Origin: Anaerovoracaceae bacterium
GTDB lineage: Bacteria > Bacillota > Clostridia > Peptostreptococcales > Anaerovoracaceae
Assembly (NCBI GenBank): GCA_963676385.2
Contig: CAXXMM010000007.1
Span: 38,096 to 62,095, forward strand
Direction of reading: 5' to 3'
DNA length: 24,000 bases
A model generated the notes under the pieces. It did not search any database. It saw only the letters and a list, made by a program, of their open reading frames with translations, and had not been told where the DNA came from. The translations under genes were made by a program, and so were the position numbers. Of this stretch, positions 8,661 through 16,131 are shown piece by piece (the first letter of the stretch is position 1; each line of letters opens with the position of its first letter).

Positions 8661-9793
8661 TTTCGTCCCTCCCATATGGTTTCAATCAGGTCTTGGGTGA
8701 AGTCCCGTTGCCGGTCGCTAAGGGGCTTGTTGTTTTGCAGCTGAAACAGCTCTTCAAAAAGAGTGAGGGGCGTCTTTTGTTCCGGGTTTTCGGTGACGGT
8801 GATTTGGGCACTGGATCTGGTCCTTTGGTTGTCGTAGTCCACCTTCATGATGTTAGGATAAATGGAACGGAGTTTGCCGATGACGTCGGGAATGTCCTCT
8901 TCATCGGTGAGGGTAATGTGAAGGTAGTCCTCTGTGGGAGTGCCTCGGTAGGTTTCCCGGGCGGTAAGATCCAGGTAGCTGCCTTTTATCTCACTCATGT
9001 CCCGCTTGGGGGTCAGGGGAAGGGTGCGGATGTCCACGGTTCCTTTGGGTCCCAGTTCCACCAAGGTGACGGATTTGGTGTGAGCCGCCTCGCTGAAAGA
9101 ATACTTGAGCGGGGTTCCGCTGTACCGGATGGTGGGCCGAATCACCTGCTGGGGTCCGTGAAGATGGCCCAGAGCCACATAGTCAAAGTCATGAAAAACT
9201 TCCCCATCCACGTTATCGCTGCCGCCGATACTGATTTCTTCCGAATCGCTTCGGGTGGCGCCGGTGACAAATTGGTGGGTGAGAAGGACGGTTCGATGGG
9301 CGGGGTGGGTATGGGCCTCATGCAAAGCAACCCTCACTGCGTCGGTATAGGTTTCAATGGGCTCTTCCGGAAAAAACCTTCGGACGTGGGCAGGTTTGAT
9401 GAAGGGAAGGAGGAAAAAATCCACTTCCCCGTAGGCGTCTTTTAGGGTGATGGGCGCAAGGTGTCCGTTATATACCGGACTTAAGAAAATGCCGCTTTGG
9501 CTGATGATTCGGCCGCCAAAGGCAATTCGCTCCGGGGAGTCGTGGTTGCCGCTGATAATCAGGACCGCCAAATGGCGCCGCTCCAGTTTCACCAAAAAAT
9601 CATCAAAAAGCTGGACCGCCTCGGCGCTGGGAACGGATTTGTCATACACGTCCCCGGCAATCAAAATGGCATCCGGCTTTTCGTCGTCGATGATGTTTAT
9701 AATCTTGGTCAGGATGTACTCCTGATCCTCCAACATGGAAAACTCATTGACCCGTTTCCCGATGTGAAGGTCTGAGAGGTGGATTAGTTTCAT
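8657..9793 (-). CDS. sbcD: SbcD (Mre11-like) nuclease subunit
   Basis: 378 aa. Calcineurin-like phosphoesterase motifs IHLSDLHIG, GDVYD, GNHD and LGHLH. GGAGGA lies 7 nt before the ATG. The gene is directly coupled to sbcC. Confidence 0.95.
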   Translation of the reverse strand: MKLIHLSDLHIGKRVNEFSMLEDQEYILTKIINIIDDEKPDAILIAGDVYDKSVPSAEAVQLFDDFLVKLERRHLAVLIISGNHDSPERIAFGGRIISQSGIFLSPVYNGHLAPITLKDAYGEVDFFLLPFIKPAHVRRFFPEEPIETYTDAVRVALHEAHTHPAHRTVLLTHQFVTGATRSDSEEISIGGSDNVDGEVFHDFDYVALGHLHGPQQVIRPTIRYSGTPLKYSFSEAAHTKSVTLVELGPKGTVDIRTLPLTPKRDMSEIKGSYLDLTARETYRGTPTEDYLHITLTDEEDIPDVIGKLRSIYPNIMKVDYDNQRTRSSAQITVTENPEQKTPLTLFEELFQLQNNKPLSDRQRDFTQDLIETIWEGRK

Positions 9794-9915
9794 GGGCGAT
9801 CCTCCGAAATTGCTGCTTTCAAAATATCGTTTGCATTCTTGTCCATGATTTCAATGAGTTTTCCAACTCCTAAATATTACGAGGCAATATCGGTAATATT
9901 CTACATTAGAAGATT

Positions 9916-10410
9916 TTAATTAATTTGCTCTTCTTGGTTTTTATTGATATTGTTACTTGATGTTTTTATTGTATCCTCAGCAATTTGTATTTGCATGGCT
10001 CTCAAAGTTGCTTCATCGTCAATTTTATTACACAAACCAGTTGGATAGTACGTTCTTTTTATGATGTCCCACCTAATTGTTTTATATTTTAATACTTTTG
10101 AAATTTCCTCTAGCAGTCTAAGATATTTGTCGTCAATATTGGGGTTTTGCTCAGGCTGTTTTTCTGTTTCATCAAGAAATGCCCTTAATGCATCTCTCAC
10201 ATTATTATTAGAATAAAATATCACTTCAAGTGAATTAATTGCTTTGACACTTTCCTCTGAAGCAATGAAGTATCGGTGTGCCATTAATGTCTCAAATATT
10301 TCTCTTTTTTTTGTGCGTGCATTATTTATTTTTTGCCACAAAATAGTTACTAGGGTTGCCATTAATCCTGACAATAATACCGTTATTATTGCCCCCAAAT
10401 TACCTTCCAT
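9916..10410 (-). CDS. hypothetical protein with an N-terminal TM anchor
   Basis: 164-aa ORF. GGAGGG lies 6 nt before the ATG. One N-terminal hydrophobic helix (GAIITVLLSGLMATLVTILW) is followed by a charged helical region. I cannot confidently name a family. Confidence 0.6.
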   Translation of the reverse strand: MEGNLGAIITVLLSGLMATLVTILWQKINNARTKKREIFETLMAHRYFIASEESVKAINSLEVIFYSNNNVRDALRAFLDETEKQPEQNPNIDDKYLRLLEEISKVLKYKTIRWDIIKRTYYPTGLCNKIDDEATLRAMQIQIAEDTIKTSSNNINKNQEEQIN

Positions 10411-10502
10411 TGAATTCCCTCCATAAATTACTACTTCACAACTTTTTCTCCAATTTGTGTGTATGCGTTTTGATTATTTAACACCACCAGTATCTAAAAT
10501 TA

Positions 10503-10889
10503 CTAATATGCCAATACTTTATCTGAATCCATAAGCTTATACATAAGTAGGTGCCCATCATCATCTCCAATGCCCATAGCAAACTCATCATTGCCAAAAT
10601 ACTGCTCATGAACTTGCTTTGCTTTATCTAGCAGATTTTCACCGTATGCCAGCATTAATGACTCGTCTGAATTGTTCCAAACATCATCAATCACAAACAT
10701 ATAGAAAGGCTCTCCATCGTCCCCCGCAGAATACTCGGCTTCAATGCCAAGATAGGAGGCGTATGTATCCAACTCGTCGTTTACGCTTGTAATTGAATCG
10801 TCAGCAAGTGGATCAGCATTATTATTTCCACACCCAATGTTCACTATCGTTAATATAAATATAATGACCATGATTATTGTCTTACGCAT
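10503..10889 (-). CDS. small acidic lipoprotein, function unknown
   Basis: I place the start at the internal ATG 10889 (MRKTIIMVIIFILTIVNIGCGNN). This gives a signal peptide plus lipobox Cys, with AGGAAAGAGAG upstream. The track ORF extends to 10931 without an RBS. Confidence 0.7.
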   Translation of the reverse strand: MRKTIIMVIIFILTIVNIGCGNNNADPLADDSITSVNDELDTYASYLGIEAEYSAGDDGEPFYMFVIDDVWNNSDESLMLAYGENLLDKAKQVHEQYFGNDEFAMGIGDDDGHLLMYKLMDSDKVLAY

Positions 10890-10911
10890 TGTATCTCTCT
10901 TTCCTGATCTG

Positions 10912-11295
10912 TTACTCAACCATAAAATCATTTAAAAGATGATATACTTTCAATAATAGATTTCCCATAGTCTTATCTTTAAAAAATCTTAGTTCAATGC
11001 TAATTCCGCCAGCCATTATTAATTTAATTTCTGAATCAAGGTCAAATGTTCCCGCAGTTTCAACAGCATAAGTCACAATATTTTTATACGGAATTGAATA
11101 ATACTCTATCTTTTTTCCTGTAATCCCCTGCTTGTCCGCTACTAGAATCCGTTTATCTGTAAACACCGCAACATCTCGAAGCGTTTTCACCGCAAAACAA
11201 ATGTTTTCCTTTTGAGAAATAAATGGTTTGAGCGATTCCGAAACAGGTACTTCAGTATAGAAGTTAAAAATTTTATTGAAGCTTACGTCTGGCAT
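10912..11295 (-). CDS. bacterial PH-domain (bPH_1 / YvbH-like) protein
   Basis: DVAVFTDKRILVADKQGITGKKIEYYSIPYKNIVTYAVETAGTFDLDSEIKL matches my recollection of the bacterial PH domain signature. AAAGGAGA sits 10 nt before ATG 11295. The track start at 11304 is a GTG abutting the RBS. Confidence 0.72.
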   Translation of the reverse strand: MPDVSFNKIFNFYTEVPVSESLKPFISQKENICFAVKTLRDVAVFTDKRILVADKQGITGKKIEYYSIPYKNIVTYAVETAGTFDLDSEIKLIMAGGISIELRFFKDKTMGNLLLKVYHLLNDFMVE

Positions 11296-11322
11296 TTTGA
11301 ACACTCTCCTTTCAAATGAGAA

Positions 11323-12789
11323 CTATTGTTTTTCAAACGTTACGTTTGCATTTACTGTAAGAAATATATGTTGCCCAGTGCCAACTTTAACCGTTTTTTG
11401 TTGATTTGTAGCTGTAAACTCATAAGTCTTAACATTTGCAACTTCAGTGTAACCATCAGAATTTTTTGTTGTCTTGTCTTTATCCACATAGACCATACAC
11501 CAGTTAGAATTGCTAGTCACTGTGTATGTTCCTTTAGGCACTTTATACCAAACATAATAGGAAGAATCAATTTTTACTTTTTCGCCATAAGCGCCTAACG
11601 CTTCATCGACTAGCGTAAAACTAGTTCCAGTTGACGAACTTTTTATCTCTTTTCTACCTTTATCATATTTGGGGATTTTATTATCAATAATCCATGTGCC
11701 ATCCAACATGAAGGCCACAATTTTATGGGAATCTCCATTCACCTTATAAATAATCCGAAATGGAATTTCTGATTCAACTCCAAATGCATTTTTTGCTTCA
11801 ACGGATGACGTCAGTTGATAATATGATCTTTCACGACCATAGCTCCAATTAAGCATGCTGAAATCAGCTGAACTAGGATAGTTTAGATTGCTTTTTACGT
11901 AGTCTTCGGATTCTACTGCCAGTTGATCGGCAATATCCATATCAACCAAAAAATCCTTTATCGGATATGATTCAAACCCTTGAAGGAAGAGTTTAATATC
12001 CCCAAGATTTACGCTGTTGATAGTATTGTCACCATTGGCATACAGGGTCATTGGGTGTTGATAATAAGAAAAAGAATATCGTTCCCCGCCAGCCCAGTCG
12101 TCCTCTTTTTGAAAGCTCTTTATTTTTCCAACTTTTAGACCGATTTTTTTGCAGGCTGACAGAAAATTAGTGTTTAAAGTATCATTGGCAATGCCGTCAA
12201 AAGTCTCAACCTCATCTTTTTCTTCGGTTTTCTCATCAAATGAGAAAAACCCTACAATTTTATCCCATAAGCTAACACCATCTGATGCCTTTGCCTCTCC
12301 TTTTTCGTCAGTTTCGGATTTATCCTTATTGTCTGAATTTGCCGTTGCTTCCTGTTGTGCAGTATAAACGGCATATGCTTTTTCATATTCATTTGAATGG
12401 AGTTCCAAAATTTGTCCACCGATTAGGACAAATACAAATGTTGATATTAATATTGCCAAAGTTGTAGATGCAAATTTGTGCTTTCGGTACAACGGTAATT
12501 TGTCCCGGAGTCCAAAAATATTCGACAAGATTAGATAGGGTACAAAAAACGCAAATACAACAATCAACCCACTCGCTTTATCAATAAACGAGTCAAATGT
12601 TGATGTTTCTTGTATGACTCCATCACTAAATAACACAGCTACAAAAGAGATAAAAAGCAAAAGCAAATACAGAGAAGCCAGCAGCATTTTGTACCATTTC
12701 CGACTACGAAATCCAAACAAACGAAAGGATTTTGTTTTTTCTTCTCTGATAGAATCGTTACCCTGCATTGGGCCATCATTTTCCTTCAT
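11323..12789 (-). CDS. multi-pass membrane protein with acidic linker and large extracytoplasmic beta-rich domain, function unknown
   Basis: I place the start at ATG 12789 (MKENDGPMQ), with GGAGGA 5 nt upstream. About 4 N-terminal TM segments are followed by a D/E/K-rich linker and then a soluble domain. The track start at 12903 would overlap the phosphatase gene by 128 nt. Confidence 0.7.
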   Translation of the reverse strand: MKENDGPMQGNDSIREEKTKSFRLFGFRSRKWYKMLLASLYLLLLFISFVAVLFSDGVIQETSTFDSFIDKASGLIVVFAFFVPYLILSNIFGLRDKLPLYRKHKFASTTLAILISTFVFVLIGGQILELHSNEYEKAYAVYTAQQEATANSDNKDKSETDEKGEAKASDGVSLWDKIVGFFSFDEKTEEKDEVETFDGIANDTLNTNFLSACKKIGLKVGKIKSFQKEDDWAGGERYSFSYYQHPMTLYANGDNTINSVNLGDIKLFLQGFESYPIKDFLVDMDIADQLAVESEDYVKSNLNYPSSADFSMLNWSYGRERSYYQLTSSVEAKNAFGVESEIPFRIIYKVNGDSHKIVAFMLDGTWIIDNKIPKYDKGRKEIKSSSTGTSFTLVDEALGAYGEKVKIDSSYYVWYKVPKGTYTVTSNSNWCMVYVDKDKTTKNSDGYTEVANVKTYEFTATNQQKTVKVGTGQHIFLTVNANVTFEKQ

Positions 12790-13249
12790 GGTTATCCTCC
12801 GAAATAAGCCGGGAAAGCAGTGCCCAGCATCCTCTCTCAATGTCTCGGTAAGCCTTTTCAAAATTTCGGGTGTACCAGGGATCCGCAATGTCCTTGGCTT
12901 CACCGGTGTATTCCGTTAAAAAGTGAAGTTTGTGGTGGCAGCTTTCCTGGAGAATCCGTTTGGCACTTTTCATATTGTGGTGGTCCATACAAAGGAGCAA
13001 ATCGTATTCTTCTCCGTCTTGGGCCGTGACCTGCCTAGCATGACGGGATTCAAAAGGAATCCCCTTTTCCCGCAGTTTCTTTTGGACAGGAGGATACATA
13101 TCCCTTCCCCGCTCGTCCGTGCTGGTGGCGGCGGAGGCAATGGCAAATCGGTGGCTTAGGTCCGCCTGTTCCACCAAGTGTTTCATGATAAATTCCGCCA
13201 TAGGGCTTCTGCAAATATTGCCGTGGCAGATGAAGAGAATTTTTGTCAT
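12776..13249 (-). CDS. low-molecular-weight protein-tyrosine (or arginine) phosphatase
   Basis: The CX5R(S) P-loop is ILFICHGNICRSPMAEF, and a downstream DP motif is present (IADPWY). The start at ATG 13249 (MTKILF) is favoured because the displaced paralogous fragment at 14863-14904 starts at the equivalent codon. The alternative upstream ATG is 13264. Confidence 0.92.
   Translation of the reverse strand: MTKILFICHGNICRSPMAEFIMKHLVEQADLSHRFAIASAATSTDERGRDMYPPVQKKLREKGIPFESRHARQVTAQDGEEYDLLLCMDHHNMKSAKRILQESCHHKLHFLTEYTGEAKDIADPWYTRNFEKAYRDIERGCWALLSRLISEDNHEGK
13218..13236. repeat. 19-nt direct repeat, copy 1 (inside the phosphatase active-site codons)
   Basis: ttgccgtggcaGatgaaga matches 14873-14891 at 18/19. 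Confidence 0.8.
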
Positions 13250-13425
13250 TTCGGTCTCTTTCATAATTTTATTCTTAATCTCCTTTAGTATAGCTTACTC
13301 CGCAACCAATATTAAATTCATGCCCATTCTCTTGAGGGAGATTTTGTGGTATTGCTTAGTCTCGAAATATATCATAGCAATTGCAATTTAATAATAACAA
13401 TCTCAAAATTCACCCCATTTTTATC

Positions 13426-14802
13426 CTAAACTTCAAAATTTGCATAATCGGAAAGCATACTTGATGTGTTTATGATTATTTTTTTTTGATTGCCATTAAA
13501 TTCATATCCACCTAAGGTCACATTATTATTTCTACCGGTACTGTCAGTAAAAAATATTGCATTATATATTTCAGTGATTTTCTGTTTAGTTGTGACCTGC
13601 TTTTTATTTTCTACTCTCTCAAACGATTCATCATGCCTCAACGATTTTCTTACTATCCTGTCCTTGAAATCTTCAGTATCTAAAATGATAATAAGAGGCT
13701 CTGGATTTTTTCCATTAATAAAATCAGTGTATAAAGTAAAGTCAACAATTCGCAAACCAATGACAATCGGTACAACGCACACGAGAATAAGCCATTTTGC
13801 TTCCCCATCTGGGAATGCAAACTCAAAACTCTTGTTGTTATGAGTAGGCTCATATAGAGCGGTCTTTACTTGACGGTAATATCTGCTAATCTCCCTTAAT
13901 TCCAAATGAAAATTATCAATAAAGTTGTTTGCTATCCTCTCCAGGTAATATGTAGAATCTAAACCCATTTTATTATATAGCCCACTCTTATCTGCAGGCG
14001 GGAGCGCAATCCGCAAATCAAAAAATCTGTCCAAATACCTACATGCATCAAAAGAATTTCCATAATAGTGTTTTATTGTATGTTGGAGTTCCTGCAAGTT
14101 GACTGAAAATATAAATGTTATTCTTTCATCGCACAAATAATGCTTAATCTGCTCCAGTAAGTGCACGGCATAACTAGGTTTGCAGCGATCCAATTCATCT
14201 ATGAAGACAAACAGCCTGTTACCTCTTTCTTCCAATATTTCTGCAAAAAAGTCTATAAACTTTCCTTCTAATTCCTTTTGTTTTTCAAATTCCTGAAGTG
14301 GATCTTCACTTCTTAAACTATTTAGAATCCCATTTACATTACGTCCCGAAATTGTCTCTATTATTGCACCGGCAACTTTATACAGATTGGTATCAGTATT
14401 AAACTGATACGCAATTCCAAGTTGTTTTGTAATTTCATATATTATAGAGAGTACCGGGTCCATATCATTATCGTTATCCCATGCATCATAGTACACTGCT
14501 ATATCACAATTATCATCCACGCTATTTTTATCTTTACCAAGAGGCAAAGAAGAAATGATTTTCTCTCTCTTTTTTTCATCCATGTCGCTCATTGGATTTT
14601 TTGCATTGATGACTAGGATTGATTGCTTAACAAAAAATGTTTTCCCGCTACCCCAACTCCCGTCAATTGCAATAGCGCTTAAACTTTCCTGTGCTAATAA
14701 CAAATTATACAAATGAACCAAATCCTTGTTTCGTTGTATTAGATTCTCCTGCAAAGCTTGTATTAGGTTTTCTTCTGTGGGTAAGATTTCAAAACTATTC
14801 AA
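13426..14802 (-). CDS. KAP-family P-loop NTPase
   Basis: 458 aa. Walker A is IDGSWGSGKTFF and Walker B is LFVFIDELDRCKP, the hallmark KAP pattern. A hydrophobic segment, WLILVCVVPIVIGLRIV, is inserted late in the NTPase region. The start is TTG with AAAGGGGA 5 nt upstream. Confidence 0.88.
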   Translation of the reverse strand: MNSFEILPTEENLIQALQENLIQRNKDLVHLYNLLLAQESLSAIAIDGSWGSGKTFFVKQSILVINAKNPMSDMDEKKREKIISSLPLGKDKNSVDDNCDIAVYYDAWDNDNDMDPVLSIIYEITKQLGIAYQFNTDTNLYKVAGAIIETISGRNVNGILNSLRSEDPLQEFEKQKELEGKFIDFFAEILEERGNRLFVFIDELDRCKPSYAVHLLEQIKHYLCDERITFIFSVNLQELQHTIKHYYGNSFDACRYLDRFFDLRIALPPADKSGLYNKMGLDSTYYLERIANNFIDNFHLELREISRYYRQVKTALYEPTHNNKSFEFAFPDGEAKWLILVCVVPIVIGLRIVDFTLYTDFINGKNPEPLIIILDTEDFKDRIVRKSLRHDESFERVENKKQVTTKQKITEIYNAIFFTDSTGRNNNVTLGGYEFNGNQKKIIINTSSMLSDYANFEV

Positions 14803-14862
14803 TTTTGTCCCCTTTCAAACTTGAAATTTTGTTACTGTGAAAAATATATTATATTATTTGTT

Positions 14863-14904
14863 TTATAGCATGTTGCCGTGGCAAATGAAGATTAGTTTGT
14901 GCAT
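14863..14904 (-). pseudogene. truncated 5' fragment of a second LMW phosphatase gene (MHKLIFICHGNML*)
   Basis: The minus strand reads ATG CAC AAA CTA ATC TTC ATT TGC CAC GGC AAC ATG CTA TAA, with GAAAGG 5 nt upstream. It is homologous to codons MTKILFICHGN of the intact gene 1.65 kb away. Homology stops right after GGCAAYAT. Confidence 0.65.
14873..14891. repeat. 19-nt direct repeat, copy 2
   Basis: ttgccgtggcaAatgaaga matches 13218-13236 at 18/19. Confidence 0.8.
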
Positions 14905-15021
14905 GTTAGCCTTTCTATGATTTCAATATGAGTGCAATGCTATTTATTCCACATTGCAAAAACAAAAAAATGAATTCCCTACTTTCGCATACATATCCTC
15001 AGATACCATTCAAACAGCAAA

Positions 15022-16041
15022 CTAATTTTCCAATGAAAAATCAATATTATCTTTGCACTTTACGCTGTTAATGCCTACAGTGGCATCAATTCTTCTTACC
15101 AATTTCTTAACTAATTCTTCCTCGGTATCCCAAACAATCATAGATTTTTGGGAAATATCAAAATGTGGTCGTTTTTCTTTGTGGATATCTTCAAATACAT
15201 CTTTTTTACAGCATACGATTACCTGCTTTCCAAGCCCCTGCGCATAACCAGCTTCATAATATGCTCCATAATTCGGAAAAGTAACATCTACAACTATAAA
15301 TTTGCTTTTAGAAATATCTGCAAATATTTCTGGAACGATTTGATTGTTGTGTTCCTTTTCATCAATAATGATTTCCTCATAGTGGCACTCACATATTGCC
15401 TTTCTAAATGCTTCTCTAATGCTCTGTGTTTTAATGCAGAACTTCATAGCAATAAATCCCTTGTTCATTGCCTGTTCCTTGTCATATAAATAACTAACTC
15501 TGCTCCATCCAGCAGCAGCAATTGAATATCGATTTTTTTCTTTATCATGTTTGATGTAACCCAATTCTTCAATTAAATGCAATACTGCCCTAGCTTCCGA
15601 TCTCATTTCATCTGGAGTTGTTGAATTACAAAATAATATCCTGGCATTTTTTTCTTCTTCAATGAAATTATCTTGTGGATTATGGTATATACAAGCTAAA
15701 TTTAATAAGATCCTATCTATTTTATTTTCAAAATTAAAAGGATAATTTTGCATATTATTTGCTAAATTAATTTTGGTAGAATCTTGGATATCATTACCTA
15801 TTTCTAATTCGCTATAAAAGAATTTCCATTTACACTTTTTATCAGCAATAATCTTGTAGGGAGTTCTTAATAAAATCTCACATATTAGATTATACCTTCT
15901 AACCACCTCTAACGCAGAACCAGAATCAACTGAATCATGTACTGTAAATTTATGTCCCGATTCACAGTAAATATACTTCCCATCTCCCACATCATTTTTT
16001 TTGCATTTCAAACTACATATTGGGCAGATATCAGTTTCCAT
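15022..16041 (-). CDS. Zn-ribbon / winged-helix-like / C-terminal nucleoside 2-deoxyribosyltransferase-like (TIR-related Rossmannoid) domain protein
   Basis: I place the start at ATG 16041 (METDICPICS), with GGAGGAG 4 nt upstream. The N-terminus has CPIC...CESGH. The middle has LHLIEELGYIKHDKEKNRYSIAAAGWSRV (wHTH-like). The C-terminus has KGFIAMKF ... SKFIVVDVTFPNYGAYYEAGYAQGLGKQVIVCC ... PHFDISQKSMIVW. I recognise that pattern from NDT-like/TIR-like domains, from memory and without a search. Confidence 0.7.
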   Translation of the reverse strand: METDICPICSLKCKKNDVGDGKYIYCESGHKFTVHDSVDSGSALEVVRRYNLICEILLRTPYKIIADKKCKWKFFYSELEIGNDIQDSTKINLANNMQNYPFNFENKIDRILLNLACIYHNPQDNFIEEEKNARILFCNSTTPDEMRSEARAVLHLIEELGYIKHDKEKNRYSIAAAGWSRVSYLYDKEQAMNKGFIAMKFCIKTQSIREAFRKAICECHYEEIIIDEKEHNNQIVPEIFADISKSKFIVVDVTFPNYGAYYEAGYAQGLGKQVIVCCKKDVFEDIHKEKRPHFDISQKSMIVWDTEEELVKKLVRRIDATVGINSVKCKDNIDFSLEN

Positions 16042-16131
16042 AATTCTCCTCCATACAATCATAATAACCATAAGTCGCAATAAAAGATGCACCGCTCAGT
16101 TCATTATTTTTAATCTATTCAATTTCATTTT

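Noticed and set aside
8651-9445. 264-aa plus-strand ORF, with other long plus-strand ORFs between 5.5 and 9.8 kb
   Set aside because: They are antisense to the well-supported sbcC/sbcD genes in GC-rich DNA, where stop codons are rare. I recognised no motifs or RBS.
9794-9877. Short minus-strand ORF (…YLGVGKLIEIMDKNANDILKAAISEDRP) whose TGA overlaps the sbcD ATG
   Set aside because: It could be the remnant 3' end of a gene truncated by the AT-rich insertion, or a coupled uORF. Only 18-28 codons are available, with no recognisable family and no RBS. This is not enough to call it.
12790-12903. N-terminal extension of the 526-aa ORF overlapping the phosphatase gene by 128 nt
   Set aside because: The internal ATG at 12789 has a much better RBS (GGAGGA, 5-nt spacer). 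The extension has no hydrophobic or conserved character.
15022-16041. Calling the NDT/TIR-like protein a Thoeris ThsB
   Set aside because: There is no ThsA-type (SIR2 or Macro/SLOG) partner in the window. The C-terminal pattern looks closer to the deoxyribosyltransferase-like branch than to canonical TIR. The neighbouring genes also differ from Thoeris.
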